Origin: a virus
Taxonomy: Duplodnaviria > Caudoviricetes
Direction: 5' to 3' (one strand)
IMG/VR virus record: IMGVR_UViG_3300031519_000136
Span: 1-31,340 of that record
Length of the DNA: 31,340 nucleotides
Under the pieces are notes generated by a model. That model did no database searches. It worked only from the letters and a program-made list of their open reading frames with translations, and was not told the DNA's origin. Shown here in pieces: positions 17,620-26,288 of the stretch. Both the position numbers and the translations under genes were made by a program. Within the stretch, counting starts at the first letter, position 1. Each line of letters opens with the position of its first letter.

Positions 17620-19437
17620 TTATACCAAGTCATAGATATCGAAATTAAGCTGGCCTCCTTTTGCATCTTGCTCTAGGATAGTATCTATTTTATCTTGAAC
17701 CTCTTGGTTAGCAACATCATGAATCTCCTCAGCAAAATCTGAAAAGTCTAATGTAAAGAAGAATTCAGAACTATTTATACATGTCATTATTAAATCATCA
17801 TGGCCTAATTGACCAGCATATGTACCATTTGGCAATTTACCAAAAGTAGCTGCTTCATAAACAGTTTGCTTATCCTTTATTATTATTTTATTTTGAGTAA
17901 TATATTTTTTAAAGTTTTGGCAAAAGATAGGCTTATTATCTTTTTTAACCTTTAAACCAAATTGTTTTGATTTTGCATCTATACGGTGCTTAAACTTTAC
18001 AACAGATTCCTCATCAAAATCATTTCTCTGTGGGAATACAGTTTCCATTCTTTTTATTAGCTCTCCACCATATAAATTCCATTCTATAATAAGTTTTACG
18101 TTTTCAGAGTGAAAAACATCAAAAGCTAAAATATAAAGAGATTTTGCAAATTCTTCAATAGTGTGATCATTACTCCTAAATCTACCTACTTGTCTAATTC
18201 TATAAAAATCAATAAAGCTACCTGGTGATGACACCTTTTTCCAATCAGCTTCATCCATAAGTTCTATCTTAAAGATATTTATAATAGAATAATCACCACC
18301 AGTTCCTTCTGCAATATCTACAGAGAATACCCAGTAATTTTCATCTTCTTCAGCATCATCCAAGTTAAATTCAGGATCCCATAACAAACCAGCATAATCT
18401 ACTTGCTCGTCATCAAATTCAATTATTTCTTTATGTACAAAATCTATCTGATTAGTTGTTAACTTTTTAAGACTATCAGCACCTAATAGTAATGATGATC
18501 CAGCTATAAATTGATTTCCATATTGCCTATTAAACGCTTCATCACTACCTAAGTTGGCAATCTCCTGTCTCATCCATGCATCGTCTCTTCCTGGTACATC
18601 CCACCAGTCAACTCTAAACGGGGTATATTCACTCAACCCTTTATCCGCAGCAGTATATATGTCGTAGAATTTATTAAACCCGTTAGGAGTACTTGTTATT
18701 ATTACCTTTGAGTTAGTTGATGCAGATACTGTAGGATATACGTTTTCATAAAAAGTATCAACAAAATTTGCAGGTATGTGAGCAAACTCATCCATAAATA
18801 ATAAATGAATAGTAAAACCAATTGCAGCTTTCTTAGTTGTTGTCTGGCCTATAATTCTACAACCGTTATCAAACTTAGAATTAAATACATCCCATTTGAG
18901 TGTACCGGGCTTAATAAAGAACGGTAAATGTTCTAATATAGTTTTACCTTTATCAATGATTTCTCTTGTTGTAGCACCCTTATTTGAAAGTATTAGTGAA
19001 TTTTTATCAAAATTAAATAATGAATACCAAGCAATAAAAATAGACGAGCATATTGTTTTACCTACTTGCCTACTTGCTAAACATACATTAAACCTTTCAG
19101 CTTGAAATTGCCTTAACATATCTTCTTGGTAAGGTCTTAAGTTAATTGTCTGTAAACCATGATCAGTCATTACAGTACAATATGTATTGGCAAAGTAAAC
19201 AATATCCTTCGCGCATTTTTTAATTTCCTTTATCTCATCAGTTGTATAATTAAATACAATATTACCCTTTCGTAAATTTGGATTACCTTCATAGAATGGC
19301 GTTGATGCTGGTTTATAACCTTCTTCTATTGCAAACATTAATTGCTCTACACTTTCACTTGACCATGAAAATGCCTGTTTGGCTTTACCAACATTAAAAT
19401 CAAATCCTGCGCTAGGTGCTTGTGGTTTTTGTGCCAT
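17620..19437 (-). CDS. terL: Terminase large subunit (gp17-like)
   Basis: LRPYQ adenine-binding motif, Walker A SRQVGKT, Walker B LLFMDEFAH, coupling motif ITSTPNG, nuclease VDIAEG.GGDYS and HDDLIM. Confidence 0.95.
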   Translation of the reverse strand: MAQKPQAPSAGFDFNVGKAKQAFSWSSESVEQLMFAIEEGYKPASTPFYEGNPNLRKGNIVFNYTTDEIKEIKKCAKDIVYFANTYCTVMTDHGLQTINLRPYQEDMLRQFQAERFNVCLASRQVGKTICSSIFIAWYSLFNFDKNSLILSNKGATTREIIDKGKTILEHLPFFIKPGTLKWDVFNSKFDNGCRIIGQTTTKKAAIGFTIHLLFMDEFAHIPANFVDTFYENVYPTVSASTNSKVIITSTPNGFNKFYDIYTAADKGLSEYTPFRVDWWDVPGRDDAWMRQEIANLGSDEAFNRQYGNQFIAGSSLLLGADSLKKLTTNQIDFVHKEIIEFDDEQVDYAGLLWDPEFNLDDAEEDENYWVFSVDIAEGTGGDYSIINIFKIELMDEADWKKVSSPGSFIDFYRIRQVGRFRSNDHTIEEFAKSLYILAFDVFHSENVKLIIEWNLYGGELIKRMETVFPQRNDFDEESVVKFKHRIDAKSKQFGLKVKKDNKPIFCQNFKKYITQNKIIIKDKQTVYEAATFGKLPNGTYAGQLGHDDLIMTCINSSEFFFTLDFSDFAEEIHDVANQEVQDKIDTILEQDAKGGQLNFDIYDLV

Positions 19438-19699
19438 CTTCTTCTATTACAGCAAGAATATGATTTATATGAAGGATTTCAAACTTGCTCCCTTCAAATG
19501 TATATTCAGTACCTTTGCCTATTGTTTTTACTATTTTATCACCTTTCTTTACCTCTAGATTTTCGGCCGCCTCTATTACTAGAGCAACTCTGTTATATTT
19601 TTCTTCCGGAATTATTAATCCACCATCGGTTCTTTTTTCAGCTTGTATTACTTCCTGTGTGAGAATATAACTATTCTTCATTTTCATTGCTATCGACAT
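19412..19699 (-). CDS. groES: GroES/Cpn10-like co-chaperonin
   Basis: EKRTDGGLIIP mobile loop, VKKGDKIV, GTE...G....IL....ILAVIE; may start at a later Met (MKMKNSY). Confidence 0.8.
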   Translation of the reverse strand: MSIAMKMKNSYILTQEVIQAEKRTDGGLIIPEEKYNRVALVIEAAENLEVKKGDKIVKTIGKGTEYTFEGSKFEILHINHILAVIEEDGTKTTST

Positions 19700-20279
19700 C
19701 TTGTATATCTTCTTCTTTAATTGTTTCTTGTAATGCTCTCATTAAATCTTTAGTACCTCTTGACTTAACACCGCCTTGTTTTTTATTATTGCTACTCTCT
19801 GAATTACTATGATAAACATCAATATCTCTTGATATCTTTTTAGCATTCTCTTCAATAGCTACCATGTACATGGTTTGGCTTTTAATGATATCTAATAAGG
19901 TTCTTTGTAAATCACTAAGTACCTCAAACATTCTTGGGGATACGTCGCCTTCATTAATAATATCCATTAGCTGCGAAATTGCAACTTCACTGTTTTCCAT
20001 TTGCCGAATAAGCATGCCTAATGCATATTCATCTAAATTAGATTTTGCTTGAATATATTCATGTTCAGCTATAATCTCTTCACTTAAATAAAACTTAAGT
20101 AAACTTGACATTACTTTTTTAGCCTTTCCTTTAGCTCTAGTTAATGCAACTGCCTGTGTGCTTTCTATTCTAACTTTATGTAATTCAGGAGTATTTTCTA
20201 ATCCTGGTACTTCATCAGGTAATTCACTAAGTAAATCTCCTATACTATCCCTAAACTTGTCTTTTGAATTATCTTCCAT
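19671..20279 (-). CDS. Terminase small subunit (gp16-like)
   Basis: SPRMFEVL resembles the gp16-family PR-x-[YF]EV motif; C-terminal GTKDLMRAL; upstream of TerL. Confidence 0.6.
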   Translation of the reverse strand: MEDNSKDKFRDSIGDLLSELPDEVPGLENTPELHKVRIESTQAVALTRAKGKAKKVMSSLLKFYLSEEIIAEHEYIQAKSNLDEYALGMLIRQMENSEVAISQLMDIINEGDVSPRMFEVLSDLQRTLLDIIKSQTMYMVAIEENAKKISRDIDVYHSNSESSNNKKQGGVKSRGTKDLMRALQETIKEEDIQDVDSNENEE

Positions 20280-20294
20280 TAATAAGTTATTTGT

Positions 20295-20305
20295 AATATA
20301 TATTC
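20295..20305 (-). promoter_or_regulatory. Putative late promoter GAATATATATT
   Basis: Variant motif 15 nt upstream of the ATG at 20279. Confidence 0.55.
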
Positions 20306-20309
20306 TAGG

Positions 20310-22271
20310 CTATCTGGCATCTGTTACATCTTGTAGCATTAGTTGTGGTGAAGCATTATCCAATAATAAAGTTAAATGCGTGTCTTTTACTACATACTGG
20401 CTAAGTATTAATGATTGCAGTTCTTCTTCGATTGGTTTTTTCCAAATTCTTATGTTTGTAAGATCAGTTTGGCAACCTAATAATTTCCATGCATCATTAT
20501 CCAAAACAGTAACTGGGGTATATGTTTTAGTTTCGTTAAATACTAGATTTAGCTTAGACGTAAGTTTTGGGTTAACAACACCAGTATTTTCTAGAGTATT
20601 ATAAATAAATAAACCTAACTGTTTCGCTGTTGCATTTAAATTAATTACAATAGCATACCATTTAGATTTAAAGAGCGGTTGTGTTATATTCCACTTATAA
20701 TAAGTTTTATTAATTTTCATAATAAACCAATTAGGAGTATACGTAAAAGATACATTCTGAGTAGGCGGTAATAGATTATTTTCATAAACCATAAAGTTAT
20801 TACTTGCTTCTTTATTAAAACTAGGCGAGGCTGTTAACGTTATGTCATCTATATATGCTTCATCAATTACGATAGCATCACCTATAATTTCAATTACTTT
20901 TGCAATTCCATTATATGAGTTAGTCCCTCTTATAGTTACCCAATCACCAACATATATAGCATTACCGAATGTTGGTAAACCACTTGTGTTAAATTGCACC
21001 TTCCCATTATTGTCTACTATTGATAAAATAAGTACATTATTACCTAAGGGTGTTTTATACTGTGGTCTTACCCAAAAAGTAAATGCCCTATCATCAGCCT
21101 CATCCCAACCATCTTCATATTGATATTTTATAGATTCATCTCCATTTTTAATAGATCCTAACTTATAATGATATTTAGAAATAATAGTCCATTCATTATA
21201 TACATTTTCTTCTTTAATGATTAATCTTTTATCTAAAGATCTTCTAACATAATCATTACACTGTGTACCTATTGTATTATATTGATTGTCTTTTCTAACA
21301 TCTCTAAATTCATTTTCTCGCTCAACTCTAAATTTATCTTCTACATTTGAAATTAATGCTTCAGTACTAGCCTCAGCCAATATTCCTGCTGTAGTATTTT
21401 CATAACCTACGGCCGTTCTTTTTTGATATGCTACTAAACTAACTCTCCAATAAGATCCTGAATAAAGAAAGTCATCAGCTTCTGCTATAGCATCTATTTC
21501 ATACATTCTATTCATATATTGTTTAAAATATAAATAATCTCTCATTTCTGGTTTAGCGCCTAAACCAAACACCGCTTCAAAGGCAGATTTAACAATATGA
21601 ATTTCAAACTGAACGGGGAAATCCATCATCATAGGATTAAATTGAATTTCCCTAGTAGGTAATTCATTATCAGGAACTAGAATTTTTACCTCAGCTTCTT
21701 TAATAACATCAAATAAAGAGTATTCTTTTAAGATAACGTCTCTACTTCTTTGATCTGCTTTAGTTTTAAAATAGTCAACACAAAATCCAAACATATCTGA
21801 TGTAATAGCAGAAAGTTGATTATACATAGATGATGCTCTAGATAAATCATAAGGATTCCAAACACCGCCACAGCAATCAACAACAAGATTAGGTACGCCT
21901 ACACAACCTTCAGATCCACACTCAACTTGAGGTATTCTACAAATTACTCCACCATCAGTTATTAATTCTAATGCAATAGATTCAAATTCTAAAGTCCCAT
22001 CGCCCACTTGTTCATACCTATATTGAATCCAAAACGGTTTATTAGGATTTAATAATAAAGCTTCTAGATTTACATTAGTAAGACTGATATAATCAGAATA
22101 TGTTACACCATCTGCGCCCCACCTAAATTGTTTATTATAATAAGTACCTGTATTTTCACCCTTTGTAACATCGCTATAACCTATTACCTCAACTACATTT
22201 TTATAAGGTTCTTGCAAACTAATTAATATAGCATCCCCGTTAGCATCTGTTGTTCTTCCGTTAACTGCCAT
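20310..22271 (-). CDS. Neck/head-completion protein (gp14-like) with extra beta-rich domains
   Basis: FGFCVDYF...DVILKEY...FEIHI....FE......P...DYLYF....RMYEI mirrors gp14-type neck proteins; the C-terminus (FTFWV, WYAIVIN, TNIRIW) is LamG/concanavalin-like. Confidence 0.55.
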   Translation of the reverse strand: MAVNGRTTDANGDAILISLQEPYKNVVEVIGYSDVTKGENTGTYYNKQFRWGADGVTYSDYISLTNVNLEALLLNPNKPFWIQYRYEQVGDGTLEFESIALELITDGGVICRIPQVECGSEGCVGVPNLVVDCCGGVWNPYDLSRASSMYNQLSAITSDMFGFCVDYFKTKADQRSRDVILKEYSLFDVIKEAEVKILVPDNELPTREIQFNPMMMDFPVQFEIHIVKSAFEAVFGLGAKPEMRDYLYFKQYMNRMYEIDAIAEADDFLYSGSYWRVSLVAYQKRTAVGYENTTAGILAEASTEALISNVEDKFRVERENEFRDVRKDNQYNTIGTQCNDYVRRSLDKRLIIKEENVYNEWTIISKYHYKLGSIKNGDESIKYQYEDGWDEADDRAFTFWVRPQYKTPLGNNVLILSIVDNNGKVQFNTSGLPTFGNAIYVGDWVTIRGTNSYNGIAKVIEIIGDAIVIDEAYIDDITLTASPSFNKEASNNFMVYENNLLPPTQNVSFTYTPNWFIMKINKTYYKWNITQPLFKSKWYAIVINLNATAKQLGLFIYNTLENTGVVNPKLTSKLNLVFNETKTYTPVTVLDNDAWKLLGCQTDLTNIRIWKKPIEEELQSLILSQYVVKDTHLTLLLDNASPQLMLQDVTDAR

Positions 22272-22274
22272 TGA

Positions 22275-22700
22275 TTATGAATTTATTTGTTTGTATGAAC
22301 TTTCAGAGTCACCTTCCTTTTTAAATGTTTCTCCAATAATGTAAGATCCTACGAAAGGTGTTAGTGCTGCAAAGTACGCAGCTGCGCCCATAAGATCAGC
22401 ATGCTTAACAATTACCCAAACCCCTATGATAGACCACAAAGCGATAGTAATATACATAAGACTTTCACGTTTACTATTTTTACCTTTTTTGAAAATAGAG
22501 CTATCATCACTAGGCCTCATACTTTCACCAAATATGTATGATGCAACAAAACCAGTCAAAGAAATAAAATAGCCAGCTAGCTGGGTGAAATTGGCATCAA
22601 AGTATGTAGCAGTAATTCCCATAGCTACCCATAAAAATACAACTAAGTAAGTAATACACTCTCGCTTTGATTCACAACAGCGTTTAAGAAAAGATTTCAT
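22275..22700 (-). CDS. Four-TM membrane protein with internal duplication; holin-like candidate
   Basis: Two homologous halves, SKRECITY..LW...YF.SLT.FV.SYI.GE and SKRESLMY..LW...YF.ALT.FV.SYI.GE; charged tails; late promoter upstream; ATG at 22700 preferred over TTG at 22706. Confidence 0.6.
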   Translation of the reverse strand: MKSFLKRCCESKRECITYLVVFLWVAMGITATYFDANFTQLAGYFISLTGFVASYIFGESMRPSDDSSIFKKGKNSKRESLMYITIALWSIIGVWVIVKHADLMGAAAYFAALTPFVGSYIIGETFKKEGDSESSYKQINS

Positions 22701-22716
22701 ATACAAACATTATTTG

Positions 22717-22727
22717 TTTATATATTC
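22717..22727 (-). promoter_or_regulatory. Putative late promoter GAATATATAAA
   Basis: Exact motif copy. Confidence 0.65.
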
Positions 22728-22729
22728 TA

Positions 22730-23398
22730 TTAATAAGGAGTATAGTCGGTCTTTACTGTTAAGAGAGGATCATCTTCTTCTAATTTTTGATCGATATGAT
22801 CTAGCATATGAAAAGTAGATAATTTACCATCTATAACCATAGCTGTTAAAATATCTATAATAACGTTAGCCTTCATATAAAAATATGGCTTTCTCTCAAG
22901 ATATTTATTTTTAAGTATATCAAAGTCTATAAGAGTTTTATTAAAAGTATCCAGTTCTTTCCTGTCTAATAATTTTGTTAAATCAAAAATACCTGCAAGT
23001 ATACTAAAATGAAAACTTATTATAGGTTTACTTAAATCAGTTTTAATTATCCTACTATATTTTTTATCATCGCTAATTTTAATTGTTAAAAATTCAAGAT
23101 TAGGTAATCTATTAAAAATAGAACATAGGAAATAAACAGAATTAGGTTTTATGTTAGGATTAGGTACATGACCAAAATCTTCAGCCTTTTTAATAATATT
23201 ATCTACTCTCTTACTAGTTTTTATTGCACTTAGAAAAGAATCTTTTTTAACTAAATATTCGCCATCAGTTGTAGATAAATTCTTACATTCCTTTTTCATT
23301 CTACTAATAAGTATACTATCAAAATAATCATACTTAAATAAAGTAAATGAAATGTGAGTTGGTATTTCTAATTCAAAAGTATTATCTATTAACATCAT
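22730..23398 (-). CDS. Hypothetical protein (222 aa)
   Basis: ORF track; operon context; no motif recognised. Confidence 0.7.
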   Translation of the reverse strand: MMLIDNTFELEIPTHISFTLFKYDYFDSILISRMKKECKNLSTTDGEYLVKKDSFLSAIKTSKRVDNIIKKAEDFGHVPNPNIKPNSVYFLCSIFNRLPNLEFLTIKISDDKKYSRIIKTDLSKPIISFHFSILAGIFDLTKLLDRKELDTFNKTLIDFDILKNKYLERKPYFYMKANVIIDILTAMVIDGKLSTFHMLDHIDQKLEEDDPLLTVKTDYTPY

Positions 23399-23801
23399 TG
23401 CCCATTTGTTTTTCTAGTGTATCTATCGAAGATTGAATTAGTGATGGGTTGTATTTTAGTGCTTCTCGGTATTCTCTTTCTCCTATCTCATTAAATTTCA
23501 TATAAAGTTCTAAAGCTTTTGGGTTAGGGTTCCATTCCTTGGCTTTTTGTTTTGCAGATTTTTTTACCTTAGTGTAAATAAACCCTGGTACTCTATTAAA
23601 TTTAGAAGAAACTAAACGCCATGCTTCTGCTTGGCCTACTGGATCTATTTTAAGAGTATTAAAAAGATTAGCCTGAATAGGAAATTTAATGCTCATAAAT
23701 CTATTAGTCATAAATGAATTTTTAGATTTATCATAATTAGATACCTTATCCCAATTAACATCTTTACCAAAAAGTACTTTTATATAGTCAAATAATTTCA
23801 T
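23382..23801 (-). CDS. Possible clamp loader small subunit (gp62-like)
   Basis: LFDYI...FMTNRFMS....QANLFN...D...Q...LELYMKF...E.E.REAL follows the gp62 pattern as recalled; near gp44 and rnh. Confidence 0.5.
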   Translation of the reverse strand: MKLFDYIKVLFGKDVNWDKVSNYDKSKNSFMTNRFMSIKFPIQANLFNTLKIDPVGQAEAWRLVSSKFNRVPGFIYTKVKKSAKQKAKEWNPNPKALELYMKFNEIGEREYREALKYNPSLIQSSIDTLEKQMGNDVNR

Positions 23802-23812
23802 TGAGTTATTTT

Positions 23813-23843
23813 ATATTTATATGAAGAAAAAGTAAAAGGTTTA
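23813..23843 (-). promoter_or_regulatory. Putative bipartite promoter TAAAC-N17-TATAAATAT
   Basis: Aligned motif copy. Confidence 0.55.
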
Positions 23844-25067
23844 AAAAATCTTATCTTGTTTTTTACTACCTTTTATAAAAGACATATCAGCAGAATCACT
23901 TGAGTCATCATCTTTAAAAAATGAAGCCTTAAAAGAACTATCAGTTTCTTTTGAATATTCAGTATTCTCTAAAATAGATTTCATCGTGGAGATTGTCTTT
24001 AACTGCAAACCTTTTACATTCATTTTTGATTCTACTGATTTAAACATTTCATCTAGGATACCTTCTGGTATTGATTCAGCAGCAAGTACCATAAGATTGA
24101 CATTAGATTTTAGATTAGAAATAATCTGTTCTCTACTCATATGTTTCGCGTTCATAACTCGCACAGTCATATTTGCAAGGTCAGTAATATACTCATCGTT
24201 ATAAAGATACATATGAGATAAGTGGCCATGCTTTTCTTTGAACTCGGCAATAATAGCAGTTGCTTTATTTTCACTGATTCCGTATCTCCTATTACCTTTT
24301 TTGTAATAGTATGCAGGTGGTACGTTATCCCCTGCATCTCCAGTAAGTACTTTACGGAAACGAAAGTCTTCAGGGTCAACTTCTATAATAGAAACCTTTT
24401 TCTTTACAACTAATGCCTTAAGTAATTTCTTAGCTTGATTTTCAGGTGATGCAGAAGTTTTTAGTACATCAAATATATCATCAGATTGCTCTTCCTTGGT
24501 TTGAGAATCCATCCATTCAGAAAAGCCTTGATAAGTATATAATTTTTTATGTGCCGGTGAAAATAGAATAGTATGAGTATTATTATCTGTACTCTTATCT
24601 ACTAATTGAACTAAGTCCCTATCACCAGTAAACATAATAACTGATTTGTCATTTGCGAGACATTCAGTATTCCATGCATACATTAGATCATCACCTTCAG
24701 CACCGTCAATTTTAGAAATAATAACACCTTGCTTAGATAAGATAGAAATAAAGTCAGCTGTTGCCTTTGAAAAGTTTTCCCAGTTAAGAGCATCATTCTG
24801 TTTACGATTACCTTTATATTCTGCTTCAGGGTAAAAGTCTTTTCTCCATGATCTTGAATCTACAGTCCAAACAACTTTATCAATAAGGCCATCGAATAAT
24901 CTAATTTGATATGCAAAGTCAGTTGCCAATTTTTTAACAAATGCTTGTACGTCTTCTTCTGTACCTAATAAACCTTTTTCTTTAGATCTACTAGGAATTA
25001 CATACAGTGTTCTAAATAAGAAATAATTTCCATCAATAACAAATGTGTGCCTGCCTGTTTTTTTCAT
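23841..25067 (-). CDS. rnh: 5'-3' exonuclease / T4 RNase H (FEN family)
   Basis: IDGN, SWRK..YPEAEYKGNRK, GAEGDD, TGDRDLVQL, LTGDAGDNVP. Confidence 0.9.
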   Translation of the reverse strand: MKKTGRHTFVIDGNYFLFRTLYVIPSRSKEKGLLGTEEDVQAFVKKLATDFAYQIRLFDGLIDKVVWTVDSRSWRKDFYPEAEYKGNRKQNDALNWENFSKATADFISILSKQGVIISKIDGAEGDDLMYAWNTECLANDKSVIMFTGDRDLVQLVDKSTDNNTHTILFSPAHKKLYTYQGFSEWMDSQTKEEQSDDIFDVLKTSASPENQAKKLLKALVVKKKVSIIEVDPEDFRFRKVLTGDAGDNVPPAYYYKKGNRRYGISENKATAIIAEFKEKHGHLSHMYLYNDEYITDLANMTVRVMNAKHMSREQIISNLKSNVNLMVLAAESIPEGILDEMFKSVESKMNVKGLQLKTISTMKSILENTEYSKETDSSFKASFFKDDDSSDSADMSFIKGSKKQDKIF

Positions 25068-25085
25068 GTTGTGTAGTATTTAATT

Positions 25086-25117
25086 TAATTATAACAAAGT
25101 TTATAGATTTCTGAAAG
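25086..25117 (-). promoter_or_regulatory. Putative early-type promoter CTTTCAGA-N15-TTATAATTA
   Basis: Matches 7882..7913 in sequence and spacing. Confidence 0.5.
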
Positions 25118-25256
25118 AATTATTTAATGTTAATTCTTCAGAGTCTAACTCCGAATACCCTTCTCCTAACAAGTAATGGTAGTGTGATACCGCAGAGCCT
25201 AATTCCATAAAGTTTGGAAATTCAATAATAAGTCTTTTTAAAAATTCTATTCTCAT
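25101..25256 (-). CDS. Small hypothetical protein (51 aa, FPNFMELG motif)
   Basis: Manual translation MRIEFLKRLIIEFPNFMELGSAVSHYHYLLGEGYSELDSEELTLNNSFRNL; ATGA overlap with the gp44 stop codon. Confidence 0.65.
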   Translation of the reverse strand: MRIEFLKRLIIEFPNFMELGSAVSHYHYLLGEGYSELDSEELTLNNSFRNL

Positions 25257-26215
25257 GCTCCGTTGACTATTGTTTGTAATTCATAAATGCATGCAAGCAT
25301 TGATACTGCAGGATCAATTACCTGTTGCCTCTGTGCTTGGTATTTTGCAACTGTTATAATTATTTGCGGAATAAATTGGGTATATGATTGTCTATCTTGT
25401 TTTATAAAATCTATAAACTCTGCACCTAGTGAAGATAAAACATCATCAGTTCTATTTGCATAATTTGATAGCATGTATTGGTAATTTTTTACAGGATTTT
25501 CTCCGTCAATAACAAGATCATAAATATCTTTATATACTGAACTAAATTGTTTAATGTTTTCAACAGTTATAGTTTCTACGCCTTGTGATTTAAATCCTTG
25601 TAATTGATTTAACATATTTCTTAAATCAGGAAATTTTCTTTTTACTAATTCAACTGCTGCGTGCTTATCAATACCGATCCCTTCTTCTTTACAAATTTGA
25701 AGAATTCTCATAATGTAACTTTTCATTATTTCAGTTTCTTCTTCTTTAGAAAAATCAAAATCAATCATTTCAAATCTTGATTGAATTGGATCTGGTACTT
25801 TATTAATATAATTACAAGTTGCAACAAACCTTGCATTCACTGCAAACTGATCCATTGTAGCTCTTAATGCTTTAAAGAATTGATCAGATACACCATCGAT
25901 CTCATCAAGTATAATTACCTTCATCTTTCCTGGCTCATCCATTATAGAACGATTAGCGCAAAAATCGGTAATTCTATTTCTTACAACATCTACGGAAGTG
26001 TCTGTTGATGCATTAATATAAAGGTATGGGTGTTTAAAGTGTTTGACTAATACCTTAGCAGCAGACGTTTTACCAGTTCCTGGGCTACCGTGTAATAATA
26101 AATGTTGATAAACACCTTTGCTTAATTTCGCACCAACTCTCTGTGGTGTTATTAAATCATCTAAGGATTTTGGCCTATACTTTTCAGTCAAAAGTACGTT
26201 TTGGATATTCTTCAT
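25253..26215 (-). CDS. gp44: Clamp loader large subunit (RFC/gp44-like AAA+)
   Basis: EKYRPKSLDD, GSPGTGKTS, INAS, ILDEID, TCNY, IQSRF, FPDLR. Confidence 0.93.
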   Translation of the reverse strand: MKNIQNVLLTEKYRPKSLDDLITPQRVGAKLSKGVYQHLLLHGSPGTGKTSAAKVLVKHFKHPYLYINASTDTSVDVVRNRITDFCANRSIMDEPGKMKVIILDEIDGVSDQFFKALRATMDQFAVNARFVATCNYINKVPDPIQSRFEMIDFDFSKEEETEIMKSYIMRILQICKEEGIGIDKHAAVELVKRKFPDLRNMLNQLQGFKSQGVETITVENIKQFSSVYKDIYDLVIDGENPVKNYQYMLSNYANRTDDVLSSLGAEFIDFIKQDRQSYTQFIPQIIITVAKYQAQRQQVIDPAVSMLACIYELQTIVNGA

Positions 26216-26230
26216 ATATAAGTTAGATTT

Positions 26231-26261
26231 ATTTTTATATGTAAAAAATGAATATAGTTTT
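26231..26261 (-). promoter_or_regulatory. Putative bipartite promoter AAAAC-N17-TATAAAAAT
   Basis: Aligned motif copy upstream of gp44; back-to-back with a plus-strand late-like motif GAATAAATAAA at 26266..26276. Confidence 0.6.
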
Positions 26262-26288
26262 AATAGAATAAATAAAAAAATTATAATA

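Noticed and set aside
17620-19437. Intein or intron in TerL
   Set aside because: The 605 aa length is normal for gp17 and no splicing motifs were seen.
26118-26288. N-terminal extension of the plus-strand GT-like ORF from TTG 26118
   Set aside because: It overlaps gp44 and its promoter on the opposite strand; the ATG at 26289 follows a promoter-like motif and an A-rich leader.
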